A stretch of 64,000 nucleotides of DNA from Acidimicrobiaceae bacterium RAAP-2. Lineage in GTDB: Bacteria > Actinomycetota > Acidimicrobiia > Acidimicrobiales > RAAP-2. The translations under genes and the position numbers were made by a program. Under the pieces are notes generated by a model that had not been told where the DNA came from, searched no databases, and worked only from the letters and a program-made list of their open reading frames with translations. Shown here in pieces: positions 1 to 8,126 of the stretch. Within the stretch, counting starts at the first letter, position 1. Every line of letters starts with the position of its first letter. The stretch covers positions 61,251-125,250 of the forward strand of contig LMAD01000002.1 in the NCBI GenBank assembly GCA_001443545.1, read 5' to 3'.

Positions 1-270
1 GCCGTCCAGGGGAACTCCCTCAGTTTCCTCTACTCGATCGAGTGGCCGGTCTTCGGTGTGCTCGGCGTGCTCGGCTGGTACGCGTTGTTGAACATCGAGC
101 GCGTCAGCGAGCAAGACGAGCGCGAGCGGGCCGCCTACGAGGAGAAGATGCGGGTCGAAGCGCGAGAAGCGCGACAGCGCGAAGCGCAGGAAGATCCAAC
201 CCTCGCGGCCTACAACGATCACCTGGCGCAGTTGGCGGAGCGATCGAAGAAGAAACTCTGGGGACATTAG
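1..270 (+). CDS. 3' end of a gene starting upstream of the window (hypothetical membrane-associated protein with a charged C-terminal tail)
   Basis: Frame 1 is open from base 1 to TAG at 268-270. A hydrophobic stretch (FLYSIEWPVFGVLGVLGWYALL) is followed by a Glu/Arg/Ala-rich tail. No family recognised. Confidence 0.5.
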   Translation, partial: AVQGNSLSFLYSIEWPVFGVLGVLGWYALLNIERVSEQDERERAAYEEKMRVEAREARQREAQEDPTLAAYNDHLAQLAERSKKKLWGH

Positions 271-299
271 TGGAAGCAGCGTTCCGGCGATATCGGACG

Positions 300-596
300 A
301 TGTCGTTCGTCACCGGCACGACGCTGATCGTGCTGGTGCTCTTCCTAATCCTGCACACCGTGGACCTGACGCTCTGGACGCACCTCAAGCCGCTCGTCAC
401 GGTCGTCGGAATCGGTCACGGCGTGGTGCTGTACCCCATCTACCTGGTGTTGTGTTTTCAGTTCACGTTGAAGGCGCGACTGCACTTCGGGCTCCTGGTA
501 CTGATGTTGCTCGCGGGATTCGTCCCGGGCCTCGCCTTCTACATGGAGCACCGCGTCGCCGTGCAAACCGCGTCGGCGCGAGCCAATTCGATGTGA
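300..596 (+). CDS. Small integral membrane protein, DUF3817-like
   Basis: ATG at 300 in the 42..596 frame (MSFVTGTTLIVLVLFLILHTVD...), with about three hydrophobic helices. The Arg/Ala-rich 5' part of the tracked ORF overlaps the upstream gene and is discounted. Confidence 0.65.
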   Translation: MSFVTGTTLIVLVLFLILHTVDLTLWTHLKPLVTVVGIGHGVVLYPIYLVLCFQFTLKARLHFGLLVLMLLAGFVPGLAFYMEHRVAVQTASARANSM

Positions 597-1444
597 GCGA
601 CTGGCTCGACCGACGGGTCATCGCCTTTGCTCACCAGGGTGGATCGTTCGAGGGACCGTCCTCCACGATCTACGCGATCGAACGGGCGATCGCCAACGGC
701 GCCACCGCGATCGAACTCGACGTGCACGCAACGTCGGATCAATCCCTCGTCGTCTGCCACGACGCCACCGTCGATCGGACGACGAACGGACGGGGCGCCA
801 TCGCGGCAACGTCGCTCGCGCAGTTGCGCGAGCTCGACAACGCGTACTGGTTCGTCCCGGGCGAGACGGTGTCGCCGGGACGAGTGGACGAGGATTACCC
901 CTGGCGAGGTCGGGCTCCCGGCGACCGACGGTTCGCGATCGCCACGTTAGAAGAGGTGGTGACGGCCTTTCCTGGCGTGCTACTTAACCTGGATATCAAA
1001 CAGTCCGCGCCCGAGGTCCCCGCCTACGAGGCGTTGCTCGCACGCGAGATCGAACGGCTCGAATGTCGTAGTTCGGTCATCGTCGCGTCCTTCATCGACT
1101 CGGCGATCGAGGCATTCCGTCGGGTGGCACCGACGGTGGCCACGTCGGCGGCGACCGAGGAGACGGCCAGGTTCTACTTCTCTCAGCTCGAGGGCCACGC
1201 GGTCGTCCCCCCGGTAGCGGCCCTCCAGGTCCCGGCGACCTACGGCGACGTGACCGTGGTGGACGAGGGGTTCGTCACCGCGGCCCATCGAGCGGGCGTG
1301 GCCGTGCACGTCTGGACGATCAACGACCAGTCAGAGATGAATCGACTGCTCGACCTGGGGGTCGACGGCTTGGTGAGTGACCGTCCGTCGACGCTCGCCG
1401 AGACCATTGCTCGACGGGGATTGACGTGGGACGGTACGGGCTAA
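593..1444 (+). CDS. Glycerophosphodiester phosphodiesterase (GDPD family)
   Basis: IAFAHQGGS..., AIELDVHATSDQSLVVCHDATVDRTTNG, IATLEEV, VHVWTIND. GTG at 593 overlaps the upstream TGA (GTGA). Confidence 0.85.
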   Translation: MSDWLDRRVIAFAHQGGSFEGPSSTIYAIERAIANGATAIELDVHATSDQSLVVCHDATVDRTTNGRGAIAATSLAQLRELDNAYWFVPGETVSPGRVDEDYPWRGRAPGDRRFAIATLEEVVTAFPGVLLNLDIKQSAPEVPAYEALLAREIERLECRSSVIVASFIDSAIEAFRRVAPTVATSAATEETARFYFSQLEGHAVVPPVAALQVPATYGDVTVVDEGFVTAAHRAGVAVHVWTINDQSEMNRLLDLGVDGLVSDRPSTLAETIARRGLTWDGTG

Positions 1445-1524
1445 CCGCGGCCGCAGTTCGGCTTCTTGCCGTGGTTGGCCTTCTTCTTGGCGCGTAACTT
1501 GCGCTTCACGGTCCGCTTCGACAT
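1441..1524 (-). CDS. 27-aa highly basic peptide, candidate 50S ribosomal protein bL37
   Basis: Hand translation gives MSKRTVKRKLRAKKKANHGKKPNCGRG. The KANHGKKPN core matches my memory of mycobacterial bL37 (KANHGKRPN). Not in the ORF track (under 60 aa), and no obvious SD. Confidence 0.5.
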   Translation of the reverse strand: MSKRTVKRKLRAKKKANHGKKPNCGRG

Positions 1525-1577
1525 AGGGGACAATCGTAGTACGGCGAGTGGTCCGGTAGCCAAACGGAGGCGAATCG

Positions 1578-2438
1578 ATGCGAGAACGAACAGGCGGTCC
1601 GGGCGAATTCGTGGTGGTCGCGACGCCGATCGGGAACCTCGGGGACCTGAGCCCGCGGGCCCGCTCGGTACTCGAGAGCGCCAACGTCGTCTACTGCGAG
1701 GACACCCGGCGCACGCGGGTCCTCTTCAGCGCGTGTGGACTCAGTGCCCGCGGACGGCTGCGCTCGTTGCGCGAACACAACGAGGCGGCCGAGAGTGTCG
1801 AGGTCGTTGAACGGGTCGCGAACGGGGAGGTCGTGGCCCTGGTAAGCGACGCGGGGACCCCGGGAATCAGCGATCCGGGTCGCCGCGTCGTGGCGGCGGT
1901 CGCCGAGGCGGGTCTGCGGGTCACGACGACGCCGGGGCCGAGCGCCGTGGTGGCGGCCCTCTCGGTCAGCGGCCTCGACACGGACCGTTTCGTGATGGAG
2001 GGGTTCGTCCCTCGACGGAGCGGCGATCGCCGGGCCCGGTACGCGCAGTGGTCGCTCGAACCACGAACGATCGTCTTCTACGAATCGCCCCAGCGCCTGG
2101 TGGCCACGTTGGGCGAGCTCGCCGCGTTGTGGCCCGATCGGCGGGTGAGCGTGGTTCGCGAACTGACCAAACTGCACGAAGAGGTGGTGCGCGGCGACTT
2201 GGCGCAGGTCGCCACGCATTGGGCCGAGGGCGCGGTCCGAGGCGAGATCGTCGTGGTGCTCGAGGGGGCGGCGCCGGTACCGACCGGTGCCCCGGTGATT
2301 CGAGCGGAGCTCGAACGCCGTCTCGGCGCCGGTGAGAGCGTTCGCGACGCCGCGAACGCCGTTGCCGAAGAGTTCAACGTCGCCCACCGCGTCGCCTACG
2401 ACGTCGCCCTGGCCATTCGATCCGAGCGGGGCGTCTGA
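1578..2438 (+). CDS. rsmI: 16S rRNA (cytidine1402-2'-O)-methyltransferase
   Basis: FVVVATPIGNLGDLSPRA, ANVVYCEDTRRT, SDAGTPGISDPG, IVFYESPQR: typical RsmI/tetrapyrrole-methylase fold motifs. Confidence 0.9.
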   Translation: MRERTGGPGEFVVVATPIGNLGDLSPRARSVLESANVVYCEDTRRTRVLFSACGLSARGRLRSLREHNEAAESVEVVERVANGEVVALVSDAGTPGISDPGRRVVAAVAEAGLRVTTTPGPSAVVAALSVSGLDTDRFVMEGFVPRRSGDRRARYAQWSLEPRTIVFYESPQRLVATLGELAALWPDRRVSVVRELTKLHEEVVRGDLAQVATHWAEGAVRGEIVVVLEGAAPVPTGAPVIRAELERRLGAGESVRDAANAVAEEFNVAHRVAYDVALAIRSERGV

Positions 2439-2455
2439 CTCGTTACGCTGGTCGG

Positions 2456-3988
2456 ATGGGTCGTTTCTACATCACCACGCCGATTTACTACGTGAATGAC
2501 GCCCCGCACGTCGGTCACGCCTACACGACCCTCAACGCCGACGCCTTGGCGCGTTGGCACCGTCTGAACGGCGACGAGACCTTGTTTTTGACCGGCACGG
2601 ACGAGCACGGCCAGAAGGTCGCCGACGCCGCGGCCAGACACGAGATGACCCCCCAGGCGTGGACCGACCGAACATCGGCGAGGTTCCGCGAAGCCTGGGA
2701 TGCCCTCGACGTGAGCTACGACGACTTCATTCGAACGACCGAGCCGCGCCACTACCAGAGCGTGCAGCGGTTCCTGGGGGCCATCTACGAGAACGGCTAC
2801 ATCTACAAGGACTTCTACCAGGGCCTCTACTGCGTGAGCTGTGAGGACTACTACACCGTGGAGGCGAGCGACCACGGCAACTGTCCGATTCACGGCCGTC
2901 CCTTAACCGAGATGGAAGAGGAGAACTGGTTCTTCCGACTCTCGGCCTTCGAGGATCGCTTACTCGAGTACTACGACGCGCACCCCGAGTTCGTCACCCC
3001 CGAGACCAAACGCAACGAGGCGTACTCCTTCATCAAGGGGGGACTGCGCGACATCTCGATCACCCGCACGTCGATCTCGTGGGGTGTCCCGGTGCCCTGG
3101 GACGATCGGCACGTCTTCTACGTGTGGTACGACGCCTTGATCAACTACCTCACGGCGATTGGCTACGGCCGAGACGACGACCAGGTCGCGACGTGGTGGC
3201 CATCGTCGCACCACCTCATCGGCAAGGAGATCATCCGGTTCCACTGCGTCTGGTGGCCGGCGATGTGCATGGCGGCGGGCCTCGAACCACCCAGCCACGT
3301 CCAAGTTCATGGATGGCTCCTGGTCGGCGGGCAGAAACTCTCCAAGACGATGGCTGCGGAGGGCGCCGTCAAACTGACCGACATCGCTCCGGTCACCTTG
3401 ACCGAGGAGTTCGGCGTCGACCCGTTGCGGTACTACTTGCTGCGAGAGACGGCCCTCGGTAACGACGGCGAGTTCTCCTACGAAGGCATCACCCATCGCT
3501 ACAACACCGATCTCGCGAACAACCTCGGTAACCTCGTGGCGCGCGTCGCGACGGTGATCGGTTCCAAATGCGCCGGCGTCGCGCCGGCGCCGGACCCGGA
3601 CTCCGAACTGCGCGCCGTGGCCGAGACGACGATCGACGTCGCGAGTGCGGCGTGGGACCGTTTCGCGCCCCACGGTGCGTTGGAGGCGACCTGGGGGCTG
3701 ATTGCCGCGACCAACTCCTACCTCGAGCGTCACTCCCCGTGGAAGATGGAGTCGGGCGAGCCGGTCGAGCGCGTGCTCGGTGACGCCGTCGAGGTGATCC
3801 GACTCGTCGCGGTCCTCGTCTCGCCCGCGATGCCGGGGGTCGCGCGCGAACTCTGGCGCCGACTGGGCCTCGAGGGATCGCCGACCGATGAACCGGCCAG
3901 CGTGAGCTTGCGATGGGGGCGTTACCCCGGAGGCATCGCGATCGAGAAGGGCGCGCCGCTCTTCCCGCGCATCAACGAGTCACGATGA
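2456..3988 (+). CDS. metG: Methionine--tRNA ligase
   Basis: FYITTPIYYVNDAPHVGHAYTT (HIGH-type) and KLSKTM (KMSKS-type), 510 aa. Confidence 0.95.
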   Translation: MGRFYITTPIYYVNDAPHVGHAYTTLNADALARWHRLNGDETLFLTGTDEHGQKVADAAARHEMTPQAWTDRTSARFREAWDALDVSYDDFIRTTEPRHYQSVQRFLGAIYENGYIYKDFYQGLYCVSCEDYYTVEASDHGNCPIHGRPLTEMEEENWFFRLSAFEDRLLEYYDAHPEFVTPETKRNEAYSFIKGGLRDISITRTSISWGVPVPWDDRHVFYVWYDALINYLTAIGYGRDDDQVATWWPSSHHLIGKEIIRFHCVWWPAMCMAAGLEPPSHVQVHGWLLVGGQKLSKTMAAEGAVKLTDIAPVTLTEEFGVDPLRYYLLRETALGNDGEFSYEGITHRYNTDLANNLGNLVARVATVIGSKCAGVAPAPDPDSELRAVAETTIDVASAAWDRFAPHGALEATWGLIAATNSYLERHSPWKMESGEPVERVLGDAVEVIRLVAVLVSPAMPGVARELWRRLGLEGSPTDEPASVSLRWGRYPGGIAIEKGAPLFPRINESR

Positions 3989-4779
3989 CCTACTGGACCG
4001 ACGCGCACTGCCACCTCCAGGAACAGTTCTTCGGGGACGAGCACGACCCGGGCACGCTCACCGCGACGCTGCGTCGGGCTCACGATGGGGGAGTGAACCG
4101 GGTCGTCGTCATCGGCACCGACGCGACTAACTCGGCCCAGGCATTGGCAATGACGGCTCTGGAAGGCCCCGTGGCGGTCTACGCCGTCGTTGGACTGCAC
4201 CCCCACGACGCGAGTCAGGACCTGGCGCCGGTGGCGGCGCTGGCCCGGTCGGGTCACCCGAAGCTCGTCGGGATCGGTGAGACGGGGCTCGACTACTACT
4301 ACGAGCACGCCCCCCGCGCCGATCAGCGTCGAGCCTTCGCGGCCCAGATCGCTCTCGCCCACGAACTCGATCTGGCGTTGGTGATCCACGCCCGTGACGC
4401 CTTCGATGATCTCTTCGAGATCTTGGGTCGTGAGGGGGTGCCACCGCGCACGGTAATCCACTGCTTCACCGGGACGGTCGACGACGCGGCCGGCTGTCTC
4501 GCACTCGGTTGCGACATCTCGATCGCCGGTGTGGTGACGTTCAAGAACGCCGAACTCCTGCGTGAGGCGGTGCGCACGATCCCCTTGGACCGACTCCACG
4601 TCGAGACCGACAGCCCGTTCCTCGCCCCCGTGCCGCATCGTGGCCGGCCTAACGAGCCGTCGCTCGTGGCGGTCGTCGGTGAGTTCGTGGCTGCACTGCG
4701 CGGTGAAGAAAGTTCAGTGGTGCGCGCAGCTACGGCCGCCAACACGGCGAGGCTCTTTCGGCTGCCTGCCGAAAAATGA
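3985..4779 (+). CDS. tatD: TatD-family metal-dependent DNase/hydrolase
   Basis: MTYWTDAHCHLQ, GIGETGLDYYY, LVIHARDA, HCFTG, ETDSPFLAPVPHRG. ATG at 3985 overlaps the metG stop (ATGA). Confidence 0.9.
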   Translation: MTYWTDAHCHLQEQFFGDEHDPGTLTATLRRAHDGGVNRVVVIGTDATNSAQALAMTALEGPVAVYAVVGLHPHDASQDLAPVAALARSGHPKLVGIGETGLDYYYEHAPRADQRRAFAAQIALAHELDLALVIHARDAFDDLFEILGREGVPPRTVIHCFTGTVDDAAGCLALGCDISIAGVVTFKNAELLREAVRTIPLDRLHVETDSPFLAPVPHRGRPNEPSLVAVVGEFVAALRGEESSVVRAATAANTARLFRLPAEK

Positions 4780-4916
4780 CCGTCTCATTAGGTAATATAG
4801 TCGTTACGCCCCGTCGGTTTGCCTTTCGCGTTCCGGGTGCCTAGCGTTAGGGGTGGGAGCAACGACGGCCCGCAGTCCTGGCGGAGGGTGAAGAACTGAG
4901 GACATCGAAACGCCGA

Positions 4917-6176
4917 GTGCATCTGCGCTCGACGCTGCTGATGACCGTGGTCGGCCTACTGGGCCTGCTGCCGGTCTTGTTCGCGCATCCGGTCGCCGGT
5001 GCGGCAACGAGTCACGCGCCGGTTCGAATGCCCAACGTCATCCACTTCGACCGTACGACGACCTTCGCGGCCATGTCCCGGGCCGGTCTCTACTTCCGGG
5101 TCAACGGTCCCGCCAACTGGAACGAAGTCGTGGCCGAGAACCCGTCGCCGGGGACCCTGGTGCCGTGGAACTCGACCGTCGTGCTCGCCACCGCAATCAC
5201 CACGGCGCCCGTGTCGGGCACCACGGTCATGCCCGACGTGCTCTATCGAACCCGGAGCGAAGTCTTCGCCGCTATGGCGCACGCCGGGCTGTACTTCACG
5301 ACGCGCGGGCCGGCGAACTGGACCATCGTCATCGCCCAGCACCCGCGTCCCGGTTCGACGATCCCGGTTCATTCGTCGGTCGTCGTGGTCACGGCGCACG
5401 TGGCGACCTCGTCACCGACCGGCACCACGGTTATGCCCAACGTGGTGCACCGACCTCGTGCGGCCGCCTTTACGGCGATGGCCAAGGCCGGGCTGTACTT
5501 CACCGTCTCGGGCCCGGCGAACTGGAACGTCGTCACGGCCGAGAGCCCGTCACCCGGTACGCGCGTCGCCTGGCACTCGACAGTGGTCTTGAGCGTCGCG
5601 CGCGTGGTCGCACCAACCACCTCGACCGTGGCGCCCAAGCCACCCGAGGTCCGGGTCCCGTCGCTCGTCGGCCTGACTCGCGCCGCGGTGTCGGCGTCGC
5701 TCAGTCGTCTCGGTCTGCGTCTGCACGCCCAGGGCCCCGGTAGCGCCGACGGGACGTGGACCAAGGTCGTGGCCCAGAACCCCCCGCGCGGCACCATGGT
5801 GCCTCGCGGGAGCGTGATCGTCGTGGACACGACGCGTCCGACGTCGCTGCCGACCACGACGACCGTGCTCGGCGCCGCGACGACGACCACCACGACGCGT
5901 CCCCCACCCACGACGACCGTCGAGGCGACCCCCGCGCGAACGCGTATCGGCGTGGCGACCTGGTACGCGTACATCCCCGGACAGTGCGCGACGTGGTACC
6001 TGCCGCGGGGCACCCGGATCACCGTGGAGGACCTCGCGACGGGGCGGACCATTACCTGCCTCGTGACCGATCGGCAGGACTACTCGCCCGGCCGGGTGGT
6101 CGACCTCTCCGAGACCCAGTTCGCGGAACTGACCCCGCTCTGGCGCGGTGTGGTTCGCGTCAAAGTCTCCTGGTGA
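4917..6176 (+). CDS. Exported cell-wall protein: signal peptide, 4 PASTA-like repeats, Thr/Pro linker and an RlpA-like double-psi beta-barrel domain
   Basis: The signal peptide is MHLRSTLLMTVVGLLGLLPVLFAHPVAGA. There are four repeats of about 65 aa (MPNV..F.AM..AGLYF...GPANW..V.A..P.PGT.V...S.VV, and VPSLVGLTRAAVSASLSRLGLRL..). The C-terminus reads ATWYAY..RITVEDLATGRTITCLVTDR..GRVVDLS. Confidence 0.8.
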   Translation: MHLRSTLLMTVVGLLGLLPVLFAHPVAGAATSHAPVRMPNVIHFDRTTTFAAMSRAGLYFRVNGPANWNEVVAENPSPGTLVPWNSTVVLATAITTAPVSGTTVMPDVLYRTRSEVFAAMAHAGLYFTTRGPANWTIVIAQHPRPGSTIPVHSSVVVVTAHVATSSPTGTTVMPNVVHRPRAAAFTAMAKAGLYFTVSGPANWNVVTAESPSPGTRVAWHSTVVLSVARVVAPTTSTVAPKPPEVRVPSLVGLTRAAVSASLSRLGLRLHAQGPGSADGTWTKVVAQNPPRGTMVPRGSVIVVDTTRPTSLPTTTTVLGAATTTTTTRPPPTTTVEATPARTRIGVATWYAYIPGQCATWYLPRGTRITVEDLATGRTITCLVTDRQDYSPGRVVDLSETQFAELTPLWRGVVRVKVSW

Positions 6177-6988
6177 CCCACTCGCGTACGACCATCCAAG
6201 CGTTGCTCGCCGAGCACGGACTCGCCCCGTCACGGGCCCTGGGACAGAACTTCGTCGCCGATCCCAACACCGTGCGACGGATCGCCCGGCTCGCGCGGGT
6301 CGGTCCGGGAGACCTCGTGGTCGAGATCGGCGCTGGACTCGGTTCGCTCACGCTGGCCCTGGTCGAGACGGGGGCGGAGGTGATCGCCATCGAAGTCGAC
6401 CGGTACTTGATCGAGCCACTGCGGGCCGTCGTCGAGCCGCACGGGGTCGTCGTCCATCATCGAGATGCACTCGACACCGATTTCTCGGCGATCACGGGCG
6501 GTCGCCGGGCGGTCGTGGTCGCCAATCTGCCCTACAACGTGGCGACGCCACTGGTGCTGCGCATCCTGGAATCGCAGTCCACCATCGAGCGATTGCTGGT
6601 GATGATCCAGCGTGAAGTCGGCGAACGGATGGCCGCCGGCGCCGGTGACGAGGCGTACGGCGCGGTCTCACTGCGCGTGCAGTACTTCGCGGACGCGACG
6701 GTCGTGGGGCGCGTGAGCCCGAACGTCTTCGTACCGCGGCCCAAGGTGGATTCCGCGTTGGTCTCCATCGTTCGACGCGACGTCGTTCGCATCGATCCGA
6801 ACGTCGTGGGCGAGGCCGACCTCTTCGCGGTGATTCGCACCGCCTTCGGTCAACGGCGCAAGATGCTCCGTCGTTCACTGGCCGATTGGACGACCGAAGG
6901 GGTCTTCGAACGCGCGGGGGTCGAGCCCACGCGCCGACCCGAGGAGCTCACCCTCGAGGAGTTCGCGCGACTGGTGGCCGCGCGATGA
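6173..6988 (+). CDS. rsmA: 16S rRNA (adenine1518/1519-N6)-dimethyltransferase
   Basis: LGQNFVADPNTVRRI, VVEIGAGLGSLT, VVANLPYNVATP. GTG at 6173 overlaps the upstream TGA. The 5' part of tracked ORF 5756..6988 is an out-of-frame overlap artefact. Confidence 0.9.
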   Translation: MTHSRTTIQALLAEHGLAPSRALGQNFVADPNTVRRIARLARVGPGDLVVEIGAGLGSLTLALVETGAEVIAIEVDRYLIEPLRAVVEPHGVVVHHRDALDTDFSAITGGRRAVVVANLPYNVATPLVLRILESQSTIERLLVMIQREVGERMAAGAGDEAYGAVSLRVQYFADATVVGRVSPNVFVPRPKVDSALVSIVRRDVVRIDPNVVGEADLFAVIRTAFGQRRKMLRRSLADWTTEGVFERAGVEPTRRPEELTLEEFARLVAAR

Positions 6989-7731
6989 TCGTCCTACGCG
7001 CGCCGGCGAAGTTGACCCGGTACCTGGAGATAACGGGTCGGCGGGCCAACGGCTACCACGAGCTACGAAGCGAGATGACGTCCCTGGCCCTCGCCGACGA
7101 ACTCACCGTGGACGAATCGGGCGACTACGTTCGGGTGCGCAACCACTTCGAGCGTCCGGTCCCCGAGGGGGGCGAGAACCTCGTCGCGCGCGCGTTGGCG
7201 CTCGTCGAGCGCCGCGCGGGGGTCGTGATCGACAAGCTGATCCCCGCGGGCGGCGGTCTCGGCGGGGGCAGCGCGGACGCCGCGGCGATTCTGCGCTGGG
7301 CCGGCGGTGTCGACCCGCTCGACGCCGTGCGACTCGGGGGCGACGTGCCGTTTTGCCAGGTGGGGGGTCGGGCGTTGGTCGAAGGCGTCGGTGAACGAGT
7401 GAGTCCACTGGCCTTCGACGATCGACCGGTGACGCTGTTCATCCCGGACTTCGGGATTTCGACCCGGGACTGCTACGAGGCCTACGACGAGCTCTACGAC
7501 GCGGGCTGGCGACCCTCGGGTTCGAACCATCTCGAAGAGCCGGCGTGCGCGGTGGAGCCCCGACTCGCCCTCGTCCTGGTCCAGCTACGTGAACGCTTCG
7601 GTGATGTGCGCGTGGCCGGGTCGGGCTCGACCATGTTCGTCGAGGGCGTAATCAGCGACTTCGGGGACGTGACCGGTCCCGCGATGCGACTACGCGTTGT
7701 TTCGACCACCACGACGCCCGCGGGCGCGTAA
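6985..7731 (+). CDS. ispE: 4-diphosphocytidyl-2-C-methyl-D-erythritol kinase
   Basis: APAKLTRYLEITGRRANGYHEL, IPAGGGLGGGSADAAA (GHMP kinase motif). ATG at 6985 overlaps the rsmA stop. Confidence 0.85.
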   Translation: MIVLRAPAKLTRYLEITGRRANGYHELRSEMTSLALADELTVDESGDYVRVRNHFERPVPEGGENLVARALALVERRAGVVIDKLIPAGGGLGGGSADAAAILRWAGGVDPLDAVRLGGDVPFCQVGGRALVEGVGERVSPLAFDDRPVTLFIPDFGISTRDCYEAYDELYDAGWRPSGSNHLEEPACAVEPRLALVLVQLRERFGDVRVAGSGSTMFVEGVISDFGDVTGPAMRLRVVSTTTTPAGA

Positions 7732-7736
7732 TCGGA

Positions 7737-7838
7737 TCACTTACCCGCGGCGCGACGCTGGAAGCGGGTCCGCTTCAGCATCTTCTTGTGCTTCTTCTTG
7801 CGCATGCGCTTGCGGCGCTTCTTAATCAGAGATCCCAT
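7737..7838 (-). CDS. 30S ribosomal protein bS22 (33 aa)
   Basis: Hand translation gives MGSLIKKRRKRMRKKKHKKMLKRTRFQRRAAGK, a near-textbook match to actinobacterial bS22 (MGSVIKKRRKRM.KKKHRK...). Not in the ORF track. Confidence 0.8.
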   Translation of the reverse strand: MGSLIKKRRKRMRKKKHKKMLKRTRFQRRAAGK

Positions 7839-7883
7839 GGCTCGTAGAACACTACTAGGTTTGGCGACACCCGTTCCACGCCC

Positions 7884-8126
7884 CTAGGGGTGGTCGCTCA
7901 CCCGTTCGATGCGAAGTGCCTGACGAGGACAGCCCCGCACGGCGTAGCGGGCCGATTCCAGGGCCGCCAGATTAGCGAGGGGAACGGGTTCGGTCGTGAT
8001 GATTGGGTAGCCCCATTCGTCCATTCGCACCAGATCCGGTGCCAACTCGGCGCAGTGACCGAATCCGTCACAGAGGATTGGGTTGACCAGGAGGACGAAT
8101 CCACCGGTGCGTCGCCTCACTCCCAT
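7884..8126 (-). CDS. Small ferredoxin (single-cluster type)
   Basis: ATG at 8126 gives 80 aa: VNPILCDGFGHCAELAPDLVRMDEWGYP...AVRGCP. It overlaps the NuoF-like stop by 10 nt. The Arg-rich 5' extension of tracked ORF 7884..8582 is rejected. Confidence 0.75.
   Translation of the reverse strand: MGVRRRTGGFVLLVNPILCDGFGHCAELAPDLVRMDEWGYPIITTEPVPLANLAALESARYAVRGCPRQALRIERVSDHP

Noticed and set aside
7881-7890. Perfect palindrome CCCCTAGGGG between the ferredoxin gene and the bS22 gene
   Set aside because: It contains the ferredoxin stop codon. With a 2-nt centre it cannot form an RNA hairpin loop, and no T-tract follows. This is probably coincidental in GC-rich DNA, and I do not call it a terminator.
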